From NCBI GenBank assembly GCA_043228905.1, contig JBHGNT010000006.1, positions 7,192,001 to 7,256,000 of the forward strand: a stretch of 64,000 nt of DNA, in the 5' to 3' direction. The notes under the pieces were generated by a model that was not told the DNA's origin, ran no database searches, and saw only the letters and a program-made list of their open reading frames with translations. This DNA is from Azolla caroliniana. Its lineage: Eukaryota; Plantae; Polypodiophyta. Within the stretch, counting starts at the first letter, position 1. Each line of letters begins with the position of its first letter. Of this stretch, positions 1-12,880 are shown in pieces. Made by a program: the position numbers and the translations under genes.

Positions 1-3000
1 ACCTAGGTACACAATAGATTTTTGGAAAAAAACACATTTTGAATGTTTTGCATAAAAAGAGTTGTCACACAACTTTTGCAAAACAAATCAAACATGTTGA
101 ACATGATCTTGCAAGGTACGGCTATATATCAAAATATCATCCAAGAAGACGACAACAAAATCACCGAGTTGATCTCAGAAAATGTCATTCATCGTTTGTT
201 GGAATGTGGCTGGAGCATTAGTCAACCCAAAAGGCATGGCTAAAAACTCATAATGGCCATAACGCGTACGAAAAACAGTTTTAGGAATATCATCCTCGGC
301 AATGAGAATATAAAGATAACCTGTTCGTAAGTCAATTTTCTTAAAATATCGGGCCCCATGCAAACGATCAATCAAATCATCGGCACGAGGTAATGGATAT
401 GCATGTTTAATTGTCATTTTATTCAAACGGGGATAATTGGTACACATTCGCCATGAACCTTCATTCTTCTTAACTAATTGAACTGATGCACCCCAAGGTG
501 ATTTACTATACCTAATGTGGCCCATACTCAAGTATTCCTTAAGTTGTTTAGCGATCTCATCCTCTTCTAATCGACTAAGTTGGTAAGGTGGAATGCTCAA
601 AGGAGCAACACCAGGGATGAGTTCAATTTGATGGTCCACATTACGTTTTGGTGGTAAAGTAAGCGGCAATTCGTTAGGAAACGTCTTGAAAATCATCTAA
701 AATAGAGTTGAGTAATCCTTGTTCATAATGTGGTAATTGTGTGGTGTCAATATTAAAATAATAAAATTGAAGCGCAGGATCAATTACACACGAATAAATT
801 AATGAACTAGAATACTCATTTAAAGATTTAGAAGACACAAGTGAACGAGAAGGAAGTTTGGAACATTGAATAAAATGTTTACAATTATTAAATTCAAATG
901 TGATTGAGTGATTAACCTAATCAATGGATAAAGAAGGGTTTTTATTAAAAAACCAAGAGTATCCTAAAATGACATCTACAGATTGTAGTTTCATAACATG
1001 AAAGTTTAGCTTCTCCAAATAGGTATCTATTTGAATTGGCAATTGACAAACAATGCCACTGATGTATTGAAGGCTTCCATTTGCCATGTGAACTTGATAG
1101 ATATGATCACTTGTGTTTATGTGGAGTTCCATTTGTTGCAAAAAGTGATCATTAAGAAAATTGTGAGAACTACTAGAATCAAACAAGAAATGTGCTTGTG
1201 TTCCATTGATATACCCGACTGCTCAGAGTAAATCATTAGGTCCAAGTAAATGTGAAGGAAAAGTGCATTCGCATGAACTTAAGTGGTTGGTATGAACCTC
1301 AACAACATCAAAAGACTCACCTGTGTGACTCGTAGATTTGTCTTGAGGACTTCCTCTCAAAACGACGACATGTATCCTTTGTGTGGCCCCGCTTCTTGCA
1401 ATATGCACAGAAGAGGTTCGGTTTCTTGGAGTCGCGGTCAAGAGTGCCATTGGATTGCTTACGTTTCCCAATGAACTTGACATTCGGAGTTTTGGTGAAC
1501 TCCGGTTTATTGTGGTCTTTCTTGGAAGTCCTATGGTACTGAAGTACAATGTTGACAGCTTCCTCGAAAGTTGTGGGTCCTTGTCGTGGACAATCCAATG
1601 GTAATCCCCATTGGGAATACGATTCAAAAAGCAAGCAACAAACCATTTCTCACCCGTAAGTCTCGATTTTTGGATCTGGGTCCGAGCATGATGCACATAA
1701 TACTCGAGAGAGGTAAATGACTTACTTGACAACGTGAGCAAGTGTTGTGCTTGCTCAGTTTGAGAAGGTGGCTGGAAAAACTGTTTCTTAAAAACATCAA
1801 CGAAACCTTCCCAAGTTGTGGGTAAGTTCTTTGCAGTCCTTAGGCCACACCACCAAGCAGCAGCTCGGCCACCTAACTCACGACCGACATACCAATTTTT
1901 ACAGCATCGGGCTTGGGGTGGAGCTCAAACTGAGACTCCCAACAACCAAGCCAAGTGCTAATGGCCTCCTCGGTTCTTTCTTTCTTATCTCCCTTGAATG
2001 GCGTTACTACGAAAGAAGGTTCACCTTCTTTCTTGGACTCAATAGTCCATTCTTGGAATTTCTTTTCCAATGCCATATTGGCTTGCCTCATTTCGGCCAA
2101 TTAATTCAAGGTAGTAGTGAGCAATGCTCAATAGTGATTTCAGCTTGTGTGCGAGATGCGGATTGGAGTTGAGAGGTCTTGGTCGAGGAGATCGCTCCAA
2201 CAACGTTCAAAACTTGTTCCATGATGCAAGTTGTGGGTATGCAATATAAATAAGGAGGTGAACAGAAAATAGACAAGCAAAATGAATGCTTGAAATTTTG
2301 ATTGTAAGAACTTTACCAAGAAAGCATCTCACATCTTTTACCCCTCTTAACTATGGTAACACTATGGTGTTTTAAAAACCATGGGGGAAAACATAACTAA
2401 GATGTCTTTCTCATATCTCTATCTTGAATAATCATGGCAGCTCCCCAAGGCTCAACCATGGTTCTAACATCAATGTACTTTCCTAGTTAGCCTTACATTA
2501 GAATGTCAACCCAACATGTATTGATACGGTCGAGAAAGTGTATTACGTGAAAAAACAAGTGCACTCGCAAGTAATATTCTAGTCTTGCAAGTAGCAAGCA
2601 AATGTTATGAAGAAAAAGAGAAAAAGAAGTCACTATCTATAAGAGTCAAGAAGTGACGAAAACAAGGTTCAAACACCATGCGTTGTCTACAAAAAAAAAA
2701 TACCACCAATAAATGGATGCTGCGAGGTATGCACATATCCATCCCAATATGGTGATTGTAATGTGCACAATTGTGACATAAGCCACAAGTTGATACAAAT
2801 GGTGTTGGTGTTGTGCGCAAAGATGTAGTACTCAAATTTATGAGTAAAACATCAATAGGGGAACTCATGTGGTTTTACTCGAGTTCTAAGGCTCGATAAT
2901 ATGAGTTAAACCTAGATGAGCCATTAGGAAAAATTGTTCAAAAAACGGCATGATGCCCACTCAATACGAAAAAGTAGTATACACGGAAGCATTACATCAG

Positions 3001-3786
3001 AGGTAAACACACATAAATACTTTAAACATGACAAAGAAGGGGAAAATGAGAATTAATTGTGGGTGGGTAAATGACAATTACTAGAAAATCATACAAAAGT
3101 AAAACGAAAATTTGTGTAATTAGAAATTAATTAGAATAATAATCAATTAGGTGTATGGAACATTAAGCATACCTTAAGGTAAGAAACCCTAGGATAATTA
3201 ACATGCACCTCCTCAAGACCACCACATCCCATAAAATCGGCCAAGTATAGCTGAATAGAGAGTAGAGTGGCATAGGTAGGCAACATACACATCGTTAAGA
3301 CCACAACATCCCATAGAATCAGCCAAGTGATGACTCAATAAAGGGAAAGGTGCCATACTCAACATCATATGCAAAAGGGTCATGAGGTGAGCATGTACGA
3401 TTAGGGCAAACACGCTCGACTCGATGCACAAGAATAATTATTACCGTAAGAGATGGCTCAAGAGAGGGGAGAGTGGGAGATACATCGCAATATTGAAAAG
3501 GGCCATGCGTTGAGCGTGTGCAATTAGTGCAAACACGTGCGACCTGATGCACAATAATAATTAAAATCGTGTATGGTAGAAAGTAGAAAGAAAGAAAATA
3601 AAACATAATATAAATTTGATTCGACCAAGAAGAACGCATCATAGAAAAGGAGAGAGAGATCAAGAAAGAAGAATATCGGGTTAAGAATGTTGTTTTGATC
3701 CTGTGAAGAGCAAGACGAGCCTTGTTAGATCCCCATCGCTCACACGTGAAAAACATCAAAACAACAAAAAAAAAATGTTAGTAAAT

Positions 3787-3798
3787 GCTCTGATACCA
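3787..3798 (-). promoter_or_regulatory. Primer binding site, tRNA-iMet type
   Basis: gctctgatacca is the reverse complement of TGGTATCAGAGC and lies 1 nt from the LTR edge at 3800. Confidence 0.9.
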
Positions 3799-3799
3799 C

Positions 3800-4258
3800 T
3801 GTTAAGAGTGTATTAGTAATCAATAGACCAAAGTAAAGTAAAAGAAGGAAAATAGATTGGATAGAAGAACCCGTTCCACCCGACCACCCCCGAGCTATGA
3901 TCTAGACATAGCCAACCTACCATCGACGTCCCATACCATCGGATATTAGGATGACTAATACATTGGAAGAGATAAACATGATCGTTGAGACGAAACCCTA
4001 GCCCGCACCACCGGTGTCTAAGATAGGAGCCTTCTGACATAATGTGCTAATGAGGGTAGCTAAGCCTCATATTTATACCTTTTCCTAGGCCCCTTGAATA
4101 GATGTGCCTTTCTAAAAGGGTCTCCATTCATTGGTTGCCCAAATAATGATAGTGCATCAACCTACCATTCCTTCTATCCAATCACAGTAGCCCCCTTTTT
4201 AACATTAGTGAACATACCCTTCACTAATGTAAATATTAGTGGCATACCCTCACCAACG
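3800..4258 (-). repeat. 5' LTR of the chromovirus-like element (outer end approximate)
   Basis: Begins tgttaag next to the PBS; TATA-like tataaat on the minus strand near 4071-4077; ends caccaacg (degenerate terminus). Confidence 0.55.
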
Positions 4259-4259
4259 T

Positions 4260-4679
4260 TATGTGTACATAACATCTACCTATCATATGCCTATGTAGGG
4301 AGAGGGACGTCTTGTAATGCCATTAAAAAACCTGAATATACATTTGAGGAAATGATCCCCACATGCTCTAACATCCAAAAATTCCACATGAGAATACCTT
4401 TCAGCTTCTTTATATAGGGTTTCACCCCATGTCTATTATCAAACATGAAAGCATTAGTAAACATATTCCAATTGTGTTGTAATCCCCAATAACGTAAAAA
4501 TTGGAACAATATCTCTATCTCATCATTTGAACCATTTTAAACATATTGAGAAAAAATGAATTGTTGAGTTCTCAAACAACAATGGGTTAAAACTTGCCAA
4601 ATGTCCGATAAGTACTTCCAAATGGCACACACTATAGGACATTTAATGAACCTATTTGTACTATCCTCCAAAGGAACGA
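4260..4679 (-). mobile_element. L1-type LINE ORF2 3' fragment (zf-RVT region)
   Basis: VPLEDSTNRFIKCPIVCAIWKYLSDIWQ; joins in frame with the LINE piece at 35313-35507 (GGKYYN|VPLEDS). Confidence 0.75.
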
Positions 4680-4820
4680 CGTCGTGAAGATTTCGGGCCA
4701 TGGTGTGAAACCGGGGAAAATCGGGAGAATCGACGGAGTGCATCGTGTGTACTCATCCTTGTATAAACGTGTGAATAATAGGGGTGCCTTTATGGCGCCG
4801 AGTGGGAGTCAAGTCAAGAC

Positions 4821-5395
4821 GAGCGAGAGGTCAATTCGGCCAAGGACAAGGCGGACGAGGTCCGACCTACGATAACAACTCCCAATTTCGGCCGCAAAAC
4901 GGAAGCCAACGAGGAACCTTCGCAAGAAGGGGGAGCTTCCACTCTGGTTCGAGCCGTCAAAACACAACCAAATGTGGATATTGCGGAAAGCTCGGCCACC
5001 ACGAAGAAGAGTGCCGAAAGAAGATGCATGAATCGGCTTCCACAAGCCGACAACTCACGAATTACGCGCACAATTCCGACTACGAAAAGTATAGCAGAAT
5101 GTACGGGCACAACTCCGACTACGAGGATCGTGGCGGAATGTTCATGATGAAACATAGAGCAAACTCTATGTTGGCCTCTACCTCAACTAGTGCCCTCAGT
5201 CCGGAGGACATATGGTTTGTTGACTCCGGAGCCTCAAACCATATGACATCTCCTAAAGAATGGTTTCTCGAACTTCGAGAGCCGGAGCAACCCGGTTATG
5301 TCGAAACCGGAGATGACACTACGCACCCGATTCGGCACATCGGCAATGTTCCGTTCGGAAAAGAAGGTAAGCAAAATTACATTAAAAATGTTCCG
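4821..5395 (+). pseudogene. Copia gag zinc-knuckle/protease fragment embedded in element A's 5' LTR
   Basis: CGYCGKLGHHEEEC and WFVDSGASNHM; closely matches ORF 58068-58760 (-); absent from A's 3' LTR. Confidence 0.85.
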
Positions 5396-6103
5396 TTCTT
5401 CTTCTTCTTCTTCTTCCCCTTCGTGTTTGTTTAGGGTTTTCGCCCGGTGAAGAGCTTGTATGGTTTGTGGGGGTTTACTTCTGCTCTGCCTCCTGTGCAA
5501 GACTCCGCTCGGCGCGACGAGCCCAAGAGCTCCCCGACGGTGGATTGGCGATAGATTGTTGTTGTGACCTAGTTTACCTCAGTCCGGCTCGGAGCCGCAG
5601 TTGTAACTCACTCTTGTAATCATATATATAAAGGGTTGTGCATATTTGTGTCTCTATTGGCGTCGGGTAGATTTCCTTCCCTCTGTTTCCTGTATATAAG
5701 AGGCATGTGTTGTGTCGGTGTTGCACGCGTGCTCTCTCTCTCTCTCTTCCTCTCTCGCGTTTGGTAGCCACCGGTACGCATCCAGAATCTCTCCAGTTCG
5801 TGCCACAACCAGTGCAGCCGAGATTGGAGAGAAGTCAGCTTCTGACACCCCATCACTTCCTCGTCCGAGACCCGTGGAATACTACGACATATTTGGTGAA
5901 CCCGACATGAAAGGGCGGCAAGGGAGAATGGAGTTGGAAGAAGACGACTTCGCGCAACTTTTTGTTGAAGCGGTGAGCGAGTTTGGACAAACAACAACAA
6001 GACGAGAGTCGGCGCAGCAAGCGGTTGAGCGAGTGGTTGAAAGAGTCGGCCGTTTCAATAGGGACAAGGTCCCATTCTACTTGGAAGCCTACAACACAGA
6101 AAC

Positions 6104-9100
6104 TGTTGGGATTACGGTCCCTTCGGATGGGATGGTCGGATGTCGGAGATGAATGCCGACGAGCCCGGTTTCGGTTTCGGAACCGGATGATGAAGACCCC
6201 GGCTTCGGAGCCGGATGACGAATGTACCCGGAGAGCGATCCGGATGCAGGGACATATCCGTGAATATGTTTGCTATGGGCCCCTGAGGCTATAGTTGTAA
6301 ATAGCCCCAAAGTCATATATGTATAAATATGACTTAGGGCAAACTGTTTTATTGCTGCTGATCATTTTTCTGTTTTTTCCACTCAAGAGGAGTGAAGAGG
6401 GAGCAGCCGTGTGAGAGAGAGAGAGAGAGAGAGAGATAGAGCGTGAGAGAGGAAGAGGACGACGCCTCTGTGTATTTCCGCCGCCTGTGGCGAGGACAGC
6501 GAGCTCAAGGTCGTCGCCTTGCAGCTCGCCATTGTATACTTCTCTTTGTATAGTGTTGGTTTGGAGTCTTGTACTCCCGTGGTTTTTTCCCATCTAGGGT
6601 TTTCCACGTTAATCCCTGTGTATTCGTGTGTTACTCTCTGTGGTTCCTATTTTTCTGCTGCATTGATTCGCGATTACTCGGTTGTGGCCGAGTGGTGAAG
6701 GTGAATCGAAGCATCGATTCCCAACAAACTGGTATCAGAGCGAGCTGCTGCAGAAAATGGAAGGCGGCGGCAGCGGGCAGCCGGGGATGATGGTGCTGAA
6801 TGCGCAGAATTACGCCGACTGGAAGATCAAGATGGAGGATCTTTTGATTGTTCGGGACCTGTACGAACCGATTGACAGGTCGGAAATACCGAAGGGGGTA
6901 CTTGAGTCGGAATGGAGGCTTCTGAACCGGAAAGCCGTTGCAACCATTCGGCAATACGTCGACGTGAGCGTTCTACAACATGTGGCGAACGACACCAACG
7001 CATATGAGATGTGGCGGAAGCTGTCGGGCCTCTATGAGAGGAAGAATGCGTTGAACCGGACCTCCCTGATGAGGAAGATAGTGAATCTCAAGTACCGGGA
7101 CGGCGAGAGTATGGTGGAACACGTAAGCACGTTCATGGGATTCGTGAATCAGCTTGCGGCGATCAAGTTCCCGTTGGAGGATGCAATGCAAGCCATCATC
7201 CTGATGTGTACATTGCCGGAAAGCTGGGAGAACTTGGTGGTGACTCTCAGCACCTCCTGCACCGAAGATAACTTGTCCTTACAAACGGTAAAGACAAGTA
7301 TTTTGAACGAAGAAGCGCGTCGGAGAGATAAAGAACCGGCCTCCGACTCGAAGGCGCTGCTTACCGAATCGGATCGGGGAAGACAATGGAACCGGAGTCC
7401 GCAAAGACGGGAGAAGTCGGGGACCCGGTCGCAGTCAAGAGGAAGGCCCACATGCTTCCACTGTGGGAAGCCGGGGCACTTCCGAAAGAATTGTCGGCAT
7501 TACCGAAAAGACAACGGAGCCGACGACACCGATTCGAAGAAGTCACCGGAGAGAAACGGTGCATACCGGGGAGCCACGGACCGGAGAGGTTCGGATCGGC
7601 GAGGGCAGGACCGGAAAGGAACAACGGCACTCGCGGCAAGTGAGGAAGAAATCATGCTCATCACCGAAGAAGGTGAACTAAACATTGCCGGCGATGAGAC
7701 GACCTGGGTGGTCGATTCCGGAGCATCGTTCCATCTGACCCCGGAGAGAAGATACTTCTCATCCTACACAGCCGGTGAGCATGGCTGTGTTCGGATGGGA
7801 AATGAAGGTACGTGCCGGATTGCCGGCATAGGAGACGTGTGGTTGACAACCCCGACCGGATGCAAAATGCTGCTGAAGGATGTCCGACACGTTCCGGAGG
7901 TTCGATTGAACCTGATTTCGGCCGGGAGGCTAGACGATGAAGGCTACACAGGTAGCATCCGGAACGGCGTAATGAAGTTCAGCAAGGGGAGCCTGATAGT
8001 GGCTCGGGCCCGGAAAGACAACACACTGTACCTGATGAATGCCCGGTTATGTCCGGAAGAGCTGAATGTGGCAGCCGACACTGCCGGTGAGCTGTGGCAC
8101 AAAAGACTGTGTCACATGAGTGAGAAGGGGATGAAGAGGCTTGCAGAAGACAACCTTATTCCAGTGAAGCATGTGCACCTGGAGAAGTGCACCGATTGCC
8201 TGGCCGGTAAGCAGAACTGAACCTCCTTCCACTCAAGGCCACCGACGAGACGTAGCGCACCATTGGAGTTGGTGCACACTGATGTGTGTCAGGTAGAAAC
8301 GAAGTCACATGGCGGAGCCCAGTACTTCGTAACATTCATTGATGATCATAGTCGGAAGCTGTGGACGGCACCGCTGAAGACAAAGGACCAAGTGTTGTGC
8401 GTCTTCAAAGAACTCCACGCGAGAGTGGAAAGGGAATCCGGCAAGAAGCTGAAAGCGATACGAGCGGATAACGGAGGGGAATACCGGGGGCAGTTCCAGG
8501 AGTACTGTCGCTCGAAGGGAATCCGGCTCGAGTTTACTGTGCCGAAGACGCCGGAACTAAACGGGCTGGCCGAGAGGATGAACCGGACCATAATGGAGAG
8601 GGTCCGGAGTATGCTGGCGCATGCGAAATTACCCAAGGGGTTTTGGGCTGAGGCAATGTCGACGGCGACATACGTGATAAACAGATCACCCTCAGTACCT
8701 TTGGACGGAGACACGCCGCAGAAAGTGTGGACCGGTAAGGAAGTGTCCTACCGGCATCTGAAGGTGTTCGGGTGTCTCGCATACGTGCATGTGGCAAAGG
8801 ACCGGAGAGGAAAGTTAGATCCAAAGACCCGGCCATGCATATTCCTCGGTTACGGCGACGACGAGTTCGGCTACCGAGTATGGGACCCGGTCGACAATAA
8901 TATATTCAGGAGTCGAGACATCATCTTCATGGAGGACAAGACACTCGCCGACTGGGAGTCGGAGAAGAAGATGAAGAGCTCCAAGTCGACCGGTGAGGAT
9001 CAACTCTACGAGGAGCAGTCCCGACCGGCAAGGGACCGGTTAGCACTCGAGGATCCGGCCGAAGACGGTGAAGAAACAGAACCGGCCGAAGAAGATGAAA

Positions 9101-11147
9101 ATGATACCGGAACCGGCCCCGATCCCGAAATGGATTCGGATGAAGAAGAATCGGAAGAACCGGTTACCGAAGCTCCGGAACGGAGATATCCTCTAAGAGA
9201 GAGAAGGGCCCCCCGAAGATTTCCGGAACCAGAGCACGTGCTGCTAACCGACGAGGGGGAGCCGGAGAGCTTTGAAGAAGCAAAACATGACACCCAGAGC
9301 CGCAGGTGGTTGAGTGCCATGCAGGACGAGATGGATTCCCTGCATGAGAACCACACATATGAACTTGTGGAGTTGCCGAAAGGAAAGCGGGCACTTCGAA
9401 ACAAGTGGGTGTTCAAGCTGAAACCGGGAGATGCCGGAAACCCCCCGAGATACAAAGCCAGGATCGTGGTGAAGGGGTTTCAGCAGAAGAAGGGCGTCGA
9501 CTTCGACGAGATATTTGCCCCGGTAGTGAAGATGACCTCCATCCGAACGGTGCTGAGCATAGCGGCAAGCATGGACCTCGAGGTAGAACAGATGGACGTG
9601 AAGACGGCATTCCTTCACGGTGACCTCGATGAAGAGATCTACATGCAGCAACCGGAAGGATTCGAGAAGAAAGGGAAGGAGCACCTGGTATGCCGGTTGA
9701 AGAAGAGCCTTTACGGACTGAAGCAGGCTCCCCGGCAATGGTACCGGAAGTTCGACTCCTTCATGACCGACGAAGGGTACCTCAAAACGCAGTCCGACCA
9801 CTGCGTGTTTGTGAAGAAGTTCGAAGGAGGAGACTTTCTAATACTCCTTCTGTACGTGGACGACATGTTGATCGTCGGACGGGACCAGGTCAAGATACGG
9901 ATGCTGAAGAAGGCTCTTCACCGAACCTTCTCAATGAAGGACCTGGGTCCGGCGAGGCAAATACTAGGGATGCACATCATCCGGGACCGGAAGAAGAAGC
10001 AGTTGTGGCTGTCACAGGAGAAGTACGTGACGAAGGTGCTTCACCGGTTCAACAGGTCGGAAGCAAGACCGGTCGGATCGACCCTCCCGGCAAACTGCAG
10101 GCTGTCCAGCAAGCAAAGTCCCAAGACAAAGGCTGAAAAGGAGGATATGATGAAAGTGCCGTATGCCTCAACCGTCGGGAGCTTGATGTACGCCATGGTG
10201 TGTACGAGACCGGACATAGGATATGCAGTCGGAGTGGTGAGCCGGTACATGAGCAATCCCGGCAAAGAGCATTGGAGCGCGGCCAAGTGGATACTCCGAT
10301 ACCTGAAAGGCACGACAAACGTGTGCCTCCGATTCGGCTCCGGTAAGCCCGAACTCGACGGCTTCACCGATTCGGATATGTCGGCTGATGCAGATACCAG
10401 CCGGTCCACATCAGGGTATGTGATGACGTATGCAGGGGGAGCCGTTTCATGGCAGTCGAGGCTGCAGAAGACGGTTGCGTTGTCAACCACGGAGGCGGAG
10501 TACATGGCAGCTGTTGAAGCCGGCAAGGAAATAATATGGATGAAGGACTTCATTAGAGAGCTCGGTATCCGGCAGGAGGAGTACCGACTCTACTGCGACA
10601 GTCAGAGTGCAATCCACCTTGCGAAGAACGCGGCCTATCACTCCCGGACGAAGCACATCCAGCGAAGATATCACTGGATCCGGGAAAAGATAGAAGACAA
10701 GGAGTTCGTGCTGACAAAGACCCACACGGACGAGAACGGGTCGGATATGCTGACCAAGGTGCTCACACCCGACAAGCTGGAAGCATGCCGGAAGAGGATC
10801 GGATTGGAAAGACATCCCATGCCGAAGTGAAGGGGGAGTTTGTTGGGATTACGGTCCCTTCGGATGGGATGGTCGGATGTCGGAGATGAATGCCGACGAG
10901 CCCGGTTTCGGTTTCGGAACCGGATGATGAAGACCCCGGCTTCGGAGCTGGATGACGAATGTACCCGGAGAGCGATCCGGATGCAGGGACATATCCGTGA
11001 ATATGTTTGCTATGGGCCCCTGAGGCTATAGTTGTAAATAGCCCCAAAGTCATATATGTATAAATATGACTTAGGGCAAACTGTTTTATTGCTGCTGATC
11101 ATTTTTCTGTTTTTTCCACTCAAGAGGAGTGAAGAGGGAGCAGCCGT

Positions 11148-11178
<31 letters not shown>

Positions 11179-11463
11179 CGTGAGAGAGGAAGAGGACGAC
11201 GCCTCTGTGTATTTCCGCCGCCTGTGGCGAGGACAGCGAGCTCAAGGTCGTCGCCTTGCAGCTCGCCATTGTATACTTCTCTTTGTATAGTGTTGGTTTG
11301 GAGTCTTGTACTCCCGTGGTTTTTTCCCATCTAGGGTTTTCCACGTTAATCCCTGTGTATTCGTGTGTTACTCTCTGTGGTTCCTATTTTTCTGCTGCAT
11401 TGATTCGCGATTACTCGGTTGTGGCCGAGTGGTGAAGGTGAATCGAAGCGTCGATTCCCAACA
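6104..11463 (+). mobile_element. Young full-length Ty1/Copia element (Tnt1/Tork-like)
   Basis: 623-bp LTRs at 6104-6726 and 10841-11463 (TG...CA, about 3 differences by eye); 5-bp TSD GAAAC; PBS tggtatcagagc 6730-6741; PPT gaagggggag before the 3' LTR. Confidence 0.97.
6757..10830 (+). pseudogene. Copia gag-pol polyprotein (gag-PR-INT-RT-RNase H) with one in-frame TGA at 8218-8220
   Basis: ORFs 6682-8220 and 8263-10830 share a frame; motifs CFHCGKPGHFRKNC, WVVDSGAS, HTDV...DNGGEY...NGLAER, MDVKTAFLHG, YVDDML, DMLTK. Confidence 0.93.
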
Positions 11464-11979
11464 GAAACTGAGGAGCGAGATGTAGACAAGGCGTTGAGGC
11501 TGGAGTTCTTCTATCACGTCGTCGTCCTCCATATGCACGCGGAAGTGGAGGGGCTCCGAGAAGCTCATAGTTCGTGGGAGGCCTTCGAAGAGGCGCTCCT
11601 GCAGGCATATGGAGGACAACAGGAGAGCTGGGGACGACACGGCTTCGACCAGTGGGTGGCATCGGAGAAGACCTAACAGGGCACAATGAAGGCGTTCCGA
11701 GAGTTCAAGCAACGACTTGCTTGGCACCCGGAGTGGGAACCAGGTTTGGTGGGAGCGGACAAAGTCTTGTTGTTCGTTAAGTCAATCGACCGAGCGGAAT
11801 GGGAGGCCATCGGGATTGAGCTCGAATATGAGGAAGGAGCGAATGAACTTATGGAGGACTGGTTGAAGGTTGGAAGGGTATGCCAACGGCTAGACGACGA
11901 GCGAGCCGAGAAGGCTAAGAGGAAGGCACGCGACGACGTGCCATCACAGCTGGAATAGGTCGAACGACAAAGAGAGTCA

Positions 11980-12880
11980 ACGGTGTTGTGCGCGTGCTCT
12001 CTCTCTCTCTCTTCCTCTCTCGCTCCAGTTCGTGCACAACCAGTGCAACCGGGACTGGAGAGAAGTCAGCTTCTAACATCCCATCACTTCCTCGTCTGAG
12101 ACCACCACCATGGTCCCGCCCCTTTTCTACACGTACCCCTGGAATACCGCGACATATTTGGTGAATCCGACGTGAAAGGGCGGCAAGGGAGAATGGAGTA
12201 GGAAGAAGACGACTTCACACAACTTTTTGTCGAAGCGGTGAGGTAGTTTGGACGAGCAACAACAAGACGAGAGTCGGCGCAGCAAGCGGTTGAGCGAGTG
12301 GTCGAAAAAGTCGGCCGTTTCAACGAGGACAAGGTCTCATTCTACTTGGAAGCCTACAACGCGGAAATGGAGGAGCGAGATGTAGACGAGACGTTGAGGC
12401 TGGAGTTCTTCTGTCGCGTCGTCATCGTCCGTATGCATGTGGAAGTGGAGGGGCTTCGAGAAGCTCATAGTTCGTTGGAGGCCTTCGAAGAGGTTCTCCT
12501 GCAGGCATATGGAGGACAACGGAAGACTCAGGGACGATGCGGCTTTGACCAATGGGTGGCATCGGCGAAGACCTACTGGGGCGCAATGAAGGCATTCCGA
12601 GAGTTTGAGTGATGACTTGCTCAGCTCCTGGAGCGGGAACAAGGTTTGGTGGGGGCGAAAACAGAGTCCTGTTGTTCGTTAAGTCGATCGACCGAGCGGA
12701 ATGGGAGGCCATCGAGATTGAGCTCGAAGATGAGGAAGGAGCGAATGGCCTTACGGAGGACTGGTCAAAGGTCGGAAGGGTATGCAAAGCTAGACGACGA
12801 GTGAGCCGAGAAGGCTAGGAGGAAGGCACGTGACGGCGCGCCATCATAACGGGAAGAGGTCGAATGACAAAGAGAATCGG
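11980..12880 (+). repeat. Internal tandem duplication in element A: LTR 3' end, second PBS (12159-12176) and second gag copy
   Basis: Matches 5717-6103 plus 11464-11980; LTR end ...ccgcgaca at 12154; this copy lacks the Copia insertion. Confidence 0.85.

Larger units (their letters stand above)
1..4258 (-). mobile_element. Degenerate Ty3/Gypsy (chromovirus-like) LTR retrotransposon, 5' part; continues beyond the window start
   Basis: Minus-strand remnants: gag (1873-2100), CCHC knuckle CAYCKKRGHTKDTC (1317-1646), protease-like FDSSSSHNFL (917-1186), RT with KIDLRTGY and [24 protein letters not shown] (175-696). PBS and LTR lie to the right. Confidence 0.85.

Noticed and set aside
8218-8220. 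Programmed readthrough in the young Copia
   Set aside because: The stop is inside integrase after the zinc finger, not at the gag/pol border; CGA>TGA explains it.
8346-10815. Antisense and alternate-frame ORFs over pol genes (also 21000-30000)
   Set aside because: Expected shadows of GC-rich coding sequence; no recognisable motifs.
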